From an uncultured Clostridia bacterium (GTDB lineage Bacteria; Bacillota; Clostridia; Christensenellales; UBA1242), in assembly GCA_944372365.1 (NCBI GenBank), contig CALVYP010000001.1, positions 155,691-187,690 of the forward strand: DNA of 32,000 bases. The letters run 5' to 3'. Both the position numbers and the translations under genes were made by a program. A model generated the notes under the pieces. That model had not been told where the DNA came from. It did no database searches and worked only from the letters and a program-made list of their open reading frames with translations. Position 1 is the stretch's first letter. Each line of letters starts with the position of its first letter. Positions 7,892-16,574 of the stretch are shown here, one piece after another.

Positions 7892-8983
7892 ATGAAAATT
7901 GGTGTTGTGGGTTTGCCAAATGTTGGCAAAAGCACATTGTTTAATGCAATCACGGAAGCTGGCGCGGAAAGCGCCAACTATCCTTTCTGCACGATTGAGC
8001 CCAATGTTGGCATGGTTGATGTGCCGGATGAAAGGCTGGATGTTTTGGGGCAAATGTATAACACTCAAAAAATCACACCTGCAAGCATTGAATTTGTGGA
8101 TATTGCAGGGCTTGTGGCAGGCGCAAGCCAAGGCGAAGGGCTTGGCAACAAATTTTTAAGCCACATCCGTGAAGTTGACGCAATCGTGCATGTGGTGAGA
8201 TGTTTTGAAAACCAAAACATCATACATGTAAGCGGCAGCGTAGACCCTATTAGAGATATTGAAGTAATCAATCTTGAACTTGCTCTTGCTGATTTAGAGC
8301 AAGTTACAAAAAAGTTTGAAAAAGATGGCAAACTTGTTAAAACTGGCGATAAAAGCTTGATTGAAAGCGTGGCTCTGCTTGGCAAAATCAAATTGCAACT
8401 TGAACAAGGCCGCCCTGTCCGCACTCTTGCCATGACGCCCGACGAAAAAGAAATTTTAAAAGGCTTTTCACTGCTTACAGCCAAACCCGTGATATATGTT
8501 GCCAACATTGGCGAAAACGATCTTGAAAGCGGTGAAAATTCGTTCTCAAAACAGGTGGAAGAATATGCCAAAGCAGAAGGCTCTGGCTGCATCACACTTT
8601 GCGCCAAAATTGAAGAAGAGCTTGTTTCTCTGCCAAAGGATGAGCGCGAATTGTTTAAGCAAGAGCTTGGCATAAAACAAAGTGGCTTAGAAAAACTTGT
8701 TTCGGCAAGCTACGATCTGCTTGGGCTTATGAGCTATCTCACTGCTGGCGAAAAAGAAGTGCGCGCTTGGACAATCAAAAAAGGCACAAAAGCGCCGCAA
8801 GCCGCAGGCAAAATTCACACCGACTTTGAAAAGGGTTTCATTAAAGCAGAAATCGTTTCATATGACGACTTGGTTGAGGCTGGAAGTTTTTTAAAAGCCA
8901 AAGAAAAGGGCAAGGTGCGAATTGAAGGCAAAGAATACATCATGCAGGACGGCGATGTTGTGCTGTTCCGCTTTAATGTGTGA
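7892..8983 (+). CDS. ychF: Ribosome-binding ATPase YchF (Obg-like GTPase family)
   Basis: 363 aa. G1 motif GLPNVGKSTLFNA, FCTIEPN, DIAGLV, and the C-terminal TGS-like segment RAWTIKKGTKAPQAAGKIHTDFEKGFI. Confidence 0.95.
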   Translation: MKIGVVGLPNVGKSTLFNAITEAGAESANYPFCTIEPNVGMVDVPDERLDVLGQMYNTQKITPASIEFVDIAGLVAGASQGEGLGNKFLSHIREVDAIVHVVRCFENQNIIHVSGSVDPIRDIEVINLELALADLEQVTKKFEKDGKLVKTGDKSLIESVALLGKIKLQLEQGRPVRTLAMTPDEKEILKGFSLLTAKPVIYVANIGENDLESGENSFSKQVEEYAKAEGSGCITLCAKIEEELVSLPKDERELFKQELGIKQSGLEKLVSASYDLLGLMSYLTAGEKEVRAWTIKKGTKAPQAAGKIHTDFEKGFIKAEIVSYDDLVEAGSFLKAKEKGKVRIEGKEYIMQDGDVVLFRFNV

Positions 8984-8989
8984 GGCAAT

Positions 8990-9358
8990 ATGAAAACTTT
9001 ATCCAGCATTGAGCTTGCCTTTTTGGGCGACGCCATTCACACAATGTTTGTAAGAATGTGGGCGCTTGAAAACAACAATAAAAACATAAATGAAATAAAC
9101 AAAATTTGTGCCAAATATTGCAGCGCCGCACATCAAAGCAAAGTGCTCTCTTCCCTGCAACTGACAGATGAGGAACAGCAAGTTGTGCGCCGCGCACGCA
9201 ACGCAAAAACCAAACACACCGCAAAAAATGCAGATGTAAAAGATTATAAATTCGCCACCGCATTTGAAGCGCTGGTGGCATATTTGCAAATAAACGGCAA
9301 ACAAGATCGCTTAAACTATGTTTTAACTCAATCAATAAAGGATCAACATGCAGATTGA
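8990..9358 (+). CDS. mrnC: Mini-ribonuclease 3 (23S rRNA maturation)
   Basis: 122 aa. RNase III-like signature LAFLGDAIHTMFVR plus ATAFEALVAYL. The mrnC-rlmB-sigH order is conserved, as in Bacillus yazC-yacO-sigH. Confidence 0.8.
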   Translation: MKTLSSIELAFLGDAIHTMFVRMWALENNNKNINEINKICAKYCSAAHQSKVLSSLQLTDEEQQVVRRARNAKTKHTAKNADVKDYKFATAFEALVAYLQINGKQDRLNYVLTQSIKDQHAD

Positions 9359-10058
9359 AGGAAGAAATCAAGTTAGACAAGCCATTCTTGGCGGAACAAC
9401 CATCAACAAAATTTTGGTTGATGTAAATTTTTCAAGCCGCAAAGATGAAATTGTTGCGCTTGCAAGAAAACATAAACTGCGCATAGATTTTGTTCCTAAA
9501 CAGGCGCTGGATAGAAAAAGCACAACCGCTCATCATCAAGGCTACATAGCCGAAGCTGTGGATTTTAAATACACTCCACTGCAAGAGCTTGTTGCAACAA
9601 AATCTCAGCAGCCTTTTTTTGTTTTACTTGACGGCATTGAAGATCCGCACAACTTTGGAGCAATAATTCGAACCTGCGAATGCGCAGGCGTGGACGGAAT
9701 CATCATTCCTAAAAACCGCGCTTGCCAAGTAAACGACACCGTGGTTAGAACTTCCACAGGCGCAATCAGCAATATGAAAATCTGCATGGTTACAAATCTC
9801 AAAGAAGCAATTGAAGCGTTAAAAGATATCGGCGTTTGGGTTTACGCGGCTGAAACTGGTGGCGAAAACATATATTCAAAAAATTTAAATCAGCCAATCG
9901 CTGTGATAATCGGCTCAGAAGGCAAAGGCGTTAAGCAAAGCATCCTTTCAATGTGTGACGGAGTTCTCACTCTGCCACTTAAAGGCAAAGTCAACTCGCT
10001 GAATGCAAGCGTGGCATGCGGCATCGTTGTGTTTGAAATTTTAAGACAAAGGGGTTAA
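9348..10058 (+). CDS. rlmB: TrmH/SpoU-family 23S rRNA 2'-O-ribose methyltransferase (RlmB/YacO type)
   Basis: 236 aa. Motifs: IEGRNQVRQAI, DGIEDPHNFGAIIRT, IGSEGKGV, SLNASVACGI. It overlaps the mrnC stop by 11 nt. Confidence 0.85.
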   Translation: MQIEGRNQVRQAILGGTTINKILVDVNFSSRKDEIVALARKHKLRIDFVPKQALDRKSTTAHHQGYIAEAVDFKYTPLQELVATKSQQPFFVLLDGIEDPHNFGAIIRTCECAGVDGIIIPKNRACQVNDTVVRTSTGAISNMKICMVTNLKEAIEALKDIGVWVYAAETGGENIYSKNLNQPIAVIIGSEGKGVKQSILSMCDGVLTLPLKGKVNSLNASVACGIVVFEILRQRG

Positions 10059-10059
10059 G

Positions 10060-10638
10060 GTGACAGACGAACAACTTGCAAGCCTTGCAAAACAAGGCGA
10101 CTATAATGCTGAACTTGAACTTTTTAACAAATACCGCAATGTGATAAACAAATTCTCACGCGGATATTTTTTAATTGGCGGCGATGTTGAAGACCTAATT
10201 CAAGAAGGCATGATTGGACTGTATAAAGCAATAAAAAACTACTCACCAGATAAAGACGCATCGTTTGCAACCTTTGCATCGCTTTGCATACGCAGACAGA
10301 TTCAATCTGCAATTAGAAACGCATCGACTCAAAAAAATAAGTTGCTTTCGTCTGCCGTGCCTATCACCGACGAAGATGACGATGACTATGGCGTTTTTTC
10401 AATAACTTCTGGCGACAGACCTGATGAAGCGTTGATAAACCGTCAAACAAACCAAGAAATTTTTACTAGGCTTAAAAAATTGCTCTCCCCGCTTGAATTT
10501 GATGTTTTAAAGCACTATCTGGCAGGGCTTTCATATGAGCAAATCTCGCAAAAAACAAACCTATCAAAAAAAAGCATAGACAACGCACTTTCACGCATCA
10601 AAAACAAACTTTCGTCGCTAAAAAATCAAATTTTTTAA
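10060..10638 (+). CDS. sigH: Sigma-70 family sigma factor, SigH-like
   Basis: 192 aa with a GTG start 1 nt after the rlmB stop. Region 2 is DLIQEGMIGLYKAIKNY...FATFASLCIRRQI and the region 4 HTH is LSYEQISQKTNLSKKSIDNALSRIKNK. Synteny with mrnC-rlmB supports the call. Confidence 0.75.
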   Translation: MTDEQLASLAKQGDYNAELELFNKYRNVINKFSRGYFLIGGDVEDLIQEGMIGLYKAIKNYSPDKDASFATFASLCIRRQIQSAIRNASTQKNKLLSSAVPITDEDDDDYGVFSITSGDRPDEALINRQTNQEIFTRLKKLLSPLEFDVLKHYLAGLSYEQISQKTNLSKKSIDNALSRIKNKLSSLKNQIF

Positions 10639-10644
10639 ATACCC

Positions 10645-10673
10645 TTGACAATCTCTTAAAGATTTTATATATT
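10645..10673 (+). promoter_or_regulatory. Near-consensus sigma-A promoter upstream of small ORF / ABC exporter
   Basis: TTGACA (10645-10650), a 17-nt spacer, then TATATT (10668-10673). Confidence 0.55.
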
Positions 10674-10721
10674 ACTAATGTCAAAATAGTTAAGTAAAAA
10701 ATATAAGGAGGCCGTTTTGAA

Positions 10722-10784
10722 ATGAACAGAACATTACCTACAGCTGAAAAATTGTTTTATGTTCACGCGAACGGCCTGTTTTAA
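10722..10784 (+). CDS. 20-codon upstream ORF (MNRTLPTAEKLFYVHANGLF), candidate regulatory leader peptide or exported peptide
   Basis: The ATG is preceded by AAGGAGG (10705-10711). It lies between the promoter and the ABC exporter. The stop codon TAA sits at the edge of a stem-loop. Confidence 0.4.
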   Translation: MNRTLPTAEKLFYVHANGLF

Positions 10785-10834
10785 AACATTTTAATTTGAA
10801 ACAGCCTTTCGCAAAAAAATTATAAGTGCGGAGG
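10767..10834 (+). promoter_or_regulatory. Alternative RNA pairings linking the uORF 3' end to the ABC-exporter SD
   Basis: The arm 10767-10781 pairs with 10799-10812 (5 bp + 3 bp + 5 bp, with one mismatch and one bulge). The same right arm (10806-10812) can instead pair with the SD region GCGGAGG (10828-10834; 7 bp including 2 G-U). Confidence 0.35.
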
Positions 10835-10838
10835 TTTT

Positions 10839-12626
10839 ATGAAAAAAATAAAGAATAACATAGGCATGATGAAATATATAAAAGCCAATAAATTTGCTGT
10901 GATAGCCTATGTTTTTTTAATGGCTGTTTCATCAGTGATTGATGTTTTTATAACACTGCTGCTTGCACAGTCGATTGAAAGCATCACTGTTGAAGCATAT
11001 AGAGAAGGCATTTTTACTCTGCTGATTGTGGGCGGAATTTACATTGTAAGAAGAATTATTTGGGTATTGATTGACTTTTTATACTATAAATACTCCAACA
11101 GAATTATCGCTCAAATCAACCAAGACTTGGCAGAACAGGCCTTCAAATTCACTTCAAAAACATACGCTGAATACGACACCGGCACTTTCGTGCAAAGAAT
11201 TATATACGATCCAGCAAGCGTTATGGGCAGGCTTACTGCAATCGTCGATAATGTTGCGAACATTTTAACCACATCTATAGTTTTAATTTACATAGTCACT
11301 CTTAATGTGTATATAGGCATAATTTTAGTTGCCGTGATTATTGTGGCAACGGTGATAGAATATTTTAGAAATAAAACATTAAAGAAAAATATTATAATCA
11401 CTCGCAAAAAGGGTGATAAAATAGCATCGCTAACAACAGAGATCGTTCGCAGCGAACAAGACATTAAGGCTTTGGGGCTTGAAAATGCGCTTAGCAAAAC
11501 ATCAAAATTTTACTATGTCGATCATCAAAAACAATCCACTCACACCAACATTACAAACATGTGGTTTTACTCTGTTAGGCTTGCCTTAATTGAATTGTGT
11601 GGTTTGGGCGTGTTGATTTTGGGTGTTTACTTTGTTGATTTGGGAACAATTACGCTTGCAACCTTTATGATTATATACTCCAACAATAATTCACTTTATC
11701 GTTTTGTTTGGGGGCTGGGCAATATTTGGTCATATATAACAGAAATTAAAGCAAGCACTCAAAGAATGTTTTCATTATTTGATGAAAAATTCTTCGCTTG
11801 CGAACACTTTGGCGATGTTCATCTTGAAAATATAAATGGAAAAATTGAATTTAAAAATGTTGGTTTTTCATATATCGAATACGAAAAAATAGAAAAAGAT
11901 GATAAAAAAGCCAAGCAAAATGCCGAGCGCAAGGTTTTATCTGCCACCAAAGTGCTGCAAAATTTAAATTTTACAATTCAACCTAACACCAGCGTGGCTT
12001 TTGTAGGAAAATCTGGCTCAGGCAAATCCACAATACTAAACTTGGTCTCTAAAATGTATGAGGCAGATGAAGGCGAAGTGCTGATTGACGGCGTCAACAT
12101 CAAAAGTCTTGATAAACCGTCTCTGCGCGGGGCGATCTCTTTAGTCAATCAATTCCCCTACATCTTTGACATGACAATTAAAGAAAATCTGCTGCTTGTA
12201 AAAAAAGATGCCACTGATGAAGAAATTGCACAGGCGCTTGATAAAGCTTCGCTCACCGACTTTGTAGAGTCGCTTGATAAAGGCGTAGACACAAAGGTGG
12301 GCGAAAGCGGCGTTAAACTTTCAGGAGGACAAAAACAAAGGCTTGCCATTGCAAGAGCGATGCTTAGAAATTCGCCGATAACCATCTTTGACGAAAGCAC
12401 ATCGTCGCTGGACAATTTTGCGCAAGGCGACATCAAACACAGCATTGATGAAATGAAAGGCAAAAGCACAATCATCATAGTTGCGCACCGACTTTCCACC
12501 ATTAAGGATGTGGACAAAATCTTCTTTTTAGAAGACGGGCAGATTATCGACACAGGCACTTTTGATGAATTGTTTGAAAATAATATCAAATTTAAAAACA
12601 TGTTCTATGCAGAAAATTTGAATTAA
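10839..12626 (+). CDS. ABC transporter, fused permease/ATP-binding protein (type I exporter, half-transporter)
   Basis: 595 aa. The N-terminal region has about 6 TM helices. Walker A GKSGSGKST, signature LSGGQKQR, Walker B ITIFDEST, H-loop VAHRLST. GGAGG lies 5 nt upstream of the ATG. Confidence 0.9.
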   Translation: MKKIKNNIGMMKYIKANKFAVIAYVFLMAVSSVIDVFITLLLAQSIESITVEAYREGIFTLLIVGGIYIVRRIIWVLIDFLYYKYSNRIIAQINQDLAEQAFKFTSKTYAEYDTGTFVQRIIYDPASVMGRLTAIVDNVANILTTSIVLIYIVTLNVYIGIILVAVIIVATVIEYFRNKTLKKNIIITRKKGDKIASLTTEIVRSEQDIKALGLENALSKTSKFYYVDHQKQSTHTNITNMWFYSVRLALIELCGLGVLILGVYFVDLGTITLATFMIIYSNNNSLYRFVWGLGNIWSYITEIKASTQRMFSLFDEKFFACEHFGDVHLENINGKIEFKNVGFSYIEYEKIEKDDKKAKQNAERKVLSATKVLQNLNFTIQPNTSVAFVGKSGSGKSTILNLVSKMYEADEGEVLIDGVNIKSLDKPSLRGAISLVNQFPYIFDMTIKENLLLVKKDATDEEIAQALDKASLTDFVESLDKGVDTKVGESGVKLSGGQKQRLAIARAMLRNSPITIFDESTSSLDNFAQGDIKHSIDEMKGKSTIIIVAHRLSTIKDVDKIFFLEDGQIIDTGTFDELFENNIKFKNMFYAENLN

Positions 12627-12633
12627 ATAAACA

Positions 12634-12661
12634 AAAAACACGCATTTTTTGGCGTGTTTTT
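12634..12661. terminator. Bidirectional intrinsic terminator between the convergent ABC exporter and IMPase genes
   Basis: Stem aacacgc (12637-12643) / gcgtgtt (12652-12658), flanked by an A-run on the 5' side and a T-run on the 3' side. Confidence 0.7.
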
Positions 12662-13383
12662 TACATGTTTTTAATATTTTTTTTAATTTTTTCAAAAAAT
12701 TGTTTATTTGAAGTTAAAAACCGAACACCGTTTTGAAAAATAAAATATGCTCCAGCCTGTTTGCAGATATATTCACCGGGAACATAGTCCCATGGATTAT
12801 ACTTTGAAAACTTGGCAATAAAATATTGCACCTTGCCTGCCGCTAAATATGCATAACTGATGCTTGCAGCGCAAAGATGTCTGCCGCAGCCATAATGCTC
12901 GCCTAAAATTTTCATATATAATTGGCTTTTTTCAAGGTCGCAAATTGCGCCTATGATGTTTCGCATAGGTTTTGAAAGCACTTTAATTGGCTTGTCGTTT
13001 AAATATGCCCCGCTTTTATCTGCATAATAACATTCGTCTAGCATTGGCAGATAAATCACTGCCGCAACTGGCTTGCCGTTTTTGATGCACGCTGCTTGAA
13101 TCCCCCACAAAGGGATGCCGTTTGCAAAGTTTATCGTGCCGTCGATAGGATCAATGACAAAGCAATTTTTTGTTAGCAACTTTTCAGCGTTAAACTCTTC
13201 ACTTACGATGTCAAAACCATCATAATTTTGCCTAATCTGCTCTGTGATAAATTTTTCAACAGCAAAATCATAGCTAGTAACCAAATCGCTGCCACTGCCC
13301 TTGTGCATGACTTGAAAGCTGCCATCTATAATTTTTGCGGCTTGTTTAAGTGTGTGAATTAAAAACTTACAATCTTTTGTCAT
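12661..13383 (-). CDS. Inositol monophosphatase / SuhB-family phosphatase
   Basis: Motifs: IVSEEFN, VIDPIDGTINF, WDYVPG. I chose the internal start MTKDCKF (13383). The 29-codon upstream extension to 13470 overlaps the tRNA promoter and has no counterpart in the family N-terminus. Confidence 0.85.
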   Translation of the reverse strand: MTKDCKFLIHTLKQAAKIIDGSFQVMHKGSGSDLVTSYDFAVEKFITEQIRQNYDGFDIVSEEFNAEKLLTKNCFVIDPIDGTINFANGIPLWGIQAACIKNGKPVAAVIYLPMLDECYYADKSGAYLNDKPIKVLSKPMRNIIGAICDLEKSQLYMKILGEHYGCGRHLCAASISYAYLAAGKVQYFIAKFSKYNPWDYVPGEYICKQAGAYFIFQNGVRFLTSNKQFFEKIKKNIKNM

Positions 13384-13446
13384 AGCAAAATAATAGCATA
13401 AAAATGCATTTTTAACTAATTTTTTTATAATTTTTTTAAAAAAATG

Positions 13447-13475
13447 TTGACAATCTTTTAAATGTGGCATATACT
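13447..13475 (+). promoter_or_regulatory. Sigma-A promoter of tRNA-fMet
   Basis: TTGACA (13447-13452), a 17-nt spacer, then TATACT (13470-13475). The tRNA 5' end is 11 nt downstream. Confidence 0.6.
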
Positions 13476-13485
13476 ATAATCACAT

Positions 13486-13562
13486 CGCGGGATAGAGCAG
13501 TCCGGAAGCTCGTCGGGCTCATAACCCGAAGGTCGCAGGTTCAAATCCTGCTCCCGCAACCA
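13486..13562 (+). tRNA. Initiator tRNA-fMet (anticodon CAT), CCA encoded
   Basis: Full cloverleaf folded by hand. The acceptor stem CGCGGGA/TCCCGCA has the C1:A72 mismatch. D stem GAGC/GCTC. The anticodon stem TCGGG/CCCGA has three consecutive G:C pairs next to the CUCAUAA loop. T arm GCAGG-TTCAAAT-CCTGC. 3' ACCA. Confidence 0.95.
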
Positions 13563-13570
13563 AAATAAAG

Positions 13571-13597
13571 ACGAAGAGACATCTCTTCGTTTTTTTT
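13571..13597 (+). terminator. Intrinsic terminator after tRNA-fMet
   Basis: Stem acgaagag (13571-13578) / ctcttcgt (13583-13590), loop acat, followed by T7. Confidence 0.85.
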
Positions 13598-13675
13598 ATT
13601 CGCCTTTAAACCTGCGAACCACTTAGCGAGCAACGCGAGATGATTATTCAAAAAAGACACCTTTTATTGTGCCTT

Positions 13676-14479
13676 TCATTTTCTTCTCCATATATTTATA
13701 ACAAAATCAAAAGTAACTTGCATTGCTTTTAAACTTTCTAATAATTTTTGGCCTCCATTATACCAAAATGGCGTCATTTTTAATAAATTTTCATAATCAT
13801 TTGCATGAATGTTTTGCATATAGGTCAATTTGTGTGATGATGTTCTGTCAAAGTCTGTAAATGCAAATTTTTCTAAAATTGGCTTTGCATCTTGTTTATA
13901 AATATCTGTCTTTATTTCTTTTAAATGATTTTCACCCGGTATAACTTCAATAATAACACCATCGTTTTTTAGAACCCTTTGAAACTCTTGCTGGGGTTTA
14001 GGGGCAAAAATGTTTAATATACAATCTATTGAGTTGTCTTTTATAGGAAGATTGAATATGGAAGAGATAATATAAAATGTTTTTTTGTCATTTTTTGCTG
14101 CAATTTTAACTGCGTGTTTTGATATGTCAACACCAATCGTTGAAGCTGCTTTGTCTGCTATATCTTTTGTATAATAACCTATGCCACATCCTGCATCTAA
14201 CACTATCTTATTTGTAAAATCATACATTTGGCTAATTTGGTCGCGCAGTCTTTCAAAATACCCTGCTTCTAAAAATGCGTTTCTGGCTTTTGCCATGGTT
14301 TCGTCATCGCCTGGATCTTTTGTTTTTTTCATATTAGCCAACAACAAATTTATGTAACCTTGTTTAGAAAAATCAAAAAAATGTCCGCTGTCGCACTTTA
14401 AACCTTTATCTTTAATATAAAGGTCTCTGTTGCAATTCGGACATTTTAAAATGTTTAAAATATTTTGTATGCTTTCCAT
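13676..14479 (-). CDS. rlmA: 23S rRNA (guanine-N1)-methyltransferase, RlmA/RrmA family
   Basis: 267 aa. The N-terminal zinc ribbon LKCPNCNRDL...LKCDSGHFFDFSKQGYINLL is characteristic of RlmA. The SAM motif is VLDAGCGIGYY. Confidence 0.85.
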   Translation of the reverse strand: MESIQNILNILKCPNCNRDLYIKDKGLKCDSGHFFDFSKQGYINLLLANMKKTKDPGDDETMAKARNAFLEAGYFERLRDQISQMYDFTNKIVLDAGCGIGYYTKDIADKAASTIGVDISKHAVKIAAKNDKKTFYIISSIFNLPIKDNSIDCILNIFAPKPQQEFQRVLKNDGVIIEVIPGENHLKEIKTDIYKQDAKPILEKFAFTDFDRTSSHKLTYMQNIHANDYENLLKMTPFWYNGGQKLLESLKAMQVTFDFVINIWRRK

Positions 14480-14520
14480 TAGCTGAATATTAACTCATCC
14501 ATATAAATTTGTCAAATTTA

Positions 14521-16479
14521 TTAACCTAGTTGCGAAGGGTGTTTTTTGAAAAAGTCTTCTTTCTCCTGCAAGGTTTTTATGCTTGGCGAAGTTTTGAAAA
14601 AGGTGAAATCTTCAAAAATATAGTCCCAACTGAAACTGCGCTCGTCAAAGCCGAGATACTCTCTCACCTTTTGCGTGCCAACAGGCGCAAGCGGATGAAG
14701 CAATATGTTTGCTACGCGTATGAGCTCTATAGTGTCGACTGTAAGTTGTTTTAAGCCTTCTTCATCACAAGAAGCGACTTTTGCCACCCAATTTTTGTTG
14801 ATGTTTCTTACAAAAACATCCACACAGTTGATGACTTGATGGAATTTTTTATCGAACATAAAACGCTCATAATCTAGGATTGCTTTTTTGCATGTTTCTT
14901 TAATCTCTGGCGAAATTGGCGCATCAGGGATTTTGCCGTCAAAATATTTTTGCGTTGAATAGAACACCGTGCGCAAAATGCGGTTGTAGACATTTGTGAG
15001 TAGATTGCCTTCCTTTAAAACTGGGTCAAGCTCGTCAGGTTTTGCATCTGGATTGAATGGCTTTGGCATAAAGTTTACATTATTATTTGTAAGATTCATA
15101 CCCAAAAAGTGCATTCTAAGTTGCTCTGGCGTGTAATAGTTTAAAAACTCCTTTGCCATTGGCGGCTTAACCGCGCCCGAAGACGACGCCTTTTTGTTCA
15201 AGAACAAAAGGTGTTTGATTGGCACAAGGTTTGTAAGCTGCAACTGCCCGTCTGCTGGCGGAAATTTGGCGTTTTTGCCCTGCATATGCAGCCAAATGCC
15301 CTGCTGTGCTGGACCATAGAATGAAAGGTTGTCTTCGCCAAGCACTTGATAAACTTGCGCATCCTTGCTCATCCAAAACTTCTTCCATTCGTCTTCGCCC
15401 TTGCCTTGACTGATTAAATATGCCTTTGTAAGCGAAATTGGTGCCCACAAGCTCTCCGGCCAGCAATAGAAAGTTTGACCTTTCAGCCCGTCAATCTCGC
15501 GGCATGGCACTCCCCACTCGGTGTTGCCAGTAAGGCGGAATGGCACAAGCGTTTTGCCGTTGCGATAGTGAATAAAGTTTTGCGCAAGAATTTTGCAAGC
15601 CTGCTCTCTGTCGCTGAGTTTATCAAAGATAAGCGTAACGCTTGGCGCGTTTTTATCCACAAATTCATAATGCGGAAGCGAAAGAGTTTTAAGTTTTGAA
15701 ACATATTCTCTTTTAACATATGTTTCTGGCTTCTTCAAAAACTCTTTAATCTCTTTAACCATAAAGTTTGGGGTGTCGCTGCGTTTTTCGATGCTCTCTA
15801 GCCACTGCCTAACTTCATCGGTGCATTTATCCAAATCAAAAAACCAGTTTTCAACTTCAATCAATTTTGGCTTTTCGCCAGAAAGGGCGCTGATTGGATC
15901 AATCAAATCCATAGGCAGATATTGATGCCCAAGGTCGCATTCATCGGCATAGCCTTTTTCGCTTTGGCAGCCTTCTATTGGGCATTTGCCCACAACCTGC
16001 CTGCCGTTTAGCAGCACGCCAAGTTTTTCGTCAAAAAACTGCAACGATTTGTGCTTAGAAACCAGCCCAGTTTTGTAAAGAGTGGTGAAAAAATAATCGC
16101 TCATGCTTTCGTGCTGCGATTTCATTGGCTCAATCGCTGAACCGCCATAGAAATTGTGCTGTATTTCAAAATCTTCAAACGTTTGTTTTTGATCTAAATA
16201 GTTGTCGTAAACAAAAGCTTCAACCGACTTGCCTTCGAGCTTGCCTTCCTGCTTTAACTTTCTGTAAGTTTCGGTGATGGTTGAGCCATAGCAATCTGTG
16301 CCCGAAACAAAAACAACATTTTCGCTTCCAATTCTATCACGCAAAAAACGAGCGAGTGTGTCGGCACGAAGCATCATTGCAACATGCCCAAAGTGCAAAT
16401 GTTTGTTGCCGTAAGGCATGCCGCCCGTCACAACTGCGCGTTTTGGAAAAACTGGCCTTGGTCTTACAAACTCTGGCAT
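14521..16479 (-). CDS. metG: Methionyl-tRNA synthetase family protein (divergent; KMSKS replaced by KASSS)
   Basis: 652 aa. HIGH-type motif HLHFGH, then SGTDCYGSTI. Zinc-knuckle insertion CPIEGCQSEKGYADECDLGHQY...WFFDL. MetRS-type anticodon domain NVYNRILRT..KYFDGKIPD...LLHPLAPVGTQKVREYLGF. AAGGAG SD. Confidence 0.8.
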   Translation of the reverse strand: MPEFVRPRPVFPKRAVVTGGMPYGNKHLHFGHVAMMLRADTLARFLRDRIGSENVVFVSGTDCYGSTITETYRKLKQEGKLEGKSVEAFVYDNYLDQKQTFEDFEIQHNFYGGSAIEPMKSQHESMSDYFFTTLYKTGLVSKHKSLQFFDEKLGVLLNGRQVVGKCPIEGCQSEKGYADECDLGHQYLPMDLIDPISALSGEKPKLIEVENWFFDLDKCTDEVRQWLESIEKRSDTPNFMVKEIKEFLKKPETYVKREYVSKLKTLSLPHYEFVDKNAPSVTLIFDKLSDREQACKILAQNFIHYRNGKTLVPFRLTGNTEWGVPCREIDGLKGQTFYCWPESLWAPISLTKAYLISQGKGEDEWKKFWMSKDAQVYQVLGEDNLSFYGPAQQGIWLHMQGKNAKFPPADGQLQLTNLVPIKHLLFLNKKASSSGAVKPPMAKEFLNYYTPEQLRMHFLGMNLTNNNVNFMPKPFNPDAKPDELDPVLKEGNLLTNVYNRILRTVFYSTQKYFDGKIPDAPISPEIKETCKKAILDYERFMFDKKFHQVINCVDVFVRNINKNWVAKVASCDEEGLKQLTVDTIELIRVANILLHPLAPVGTQKVREYLGFDERSFSWDYIFEDFTFFKTSPSIKTLQEKEDFFKKHPSQLG

Positions 16480-16574
16480 AAAAATCTCCTTGATTTAATT
16501 ATTTTAGTCATAACACCCAAAAAAGTCAAATAAAACATTATAAACAACAAAAATGAATGCGATATGCTTTCTTT

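Noticed and set aside
10645-13463. Two promoters share TTGACAATCT(C/T)TTAAA (10645-10660 and 13447-13462).
   Set aside because: The match is a consensus -35 plus an AT-rich spacer, 15 of 16 positions identical. It is most simply explained as two strong housekeeping-type promoters rather than a shared operator or repeat.
13384-13470. A 29-codon N-terminal extension of the IMPase ORF (MPHLKDCQHFFKKIIKK...).
   Set aside because: The extension is Lys/Phe-rich translation of AT-rich promoter DNA and overlaps the tRNA-fMet promoter. The family N-terminus aligns from MTKDCKF (13383).
13486-13675. tRNA-fMet as an integration site for a mobile element.
   Set aside because: There is no integrase, no direct repeat of the tRNA 3' end, and the downstream genes (rlmA, metG, gyrAB) are core.
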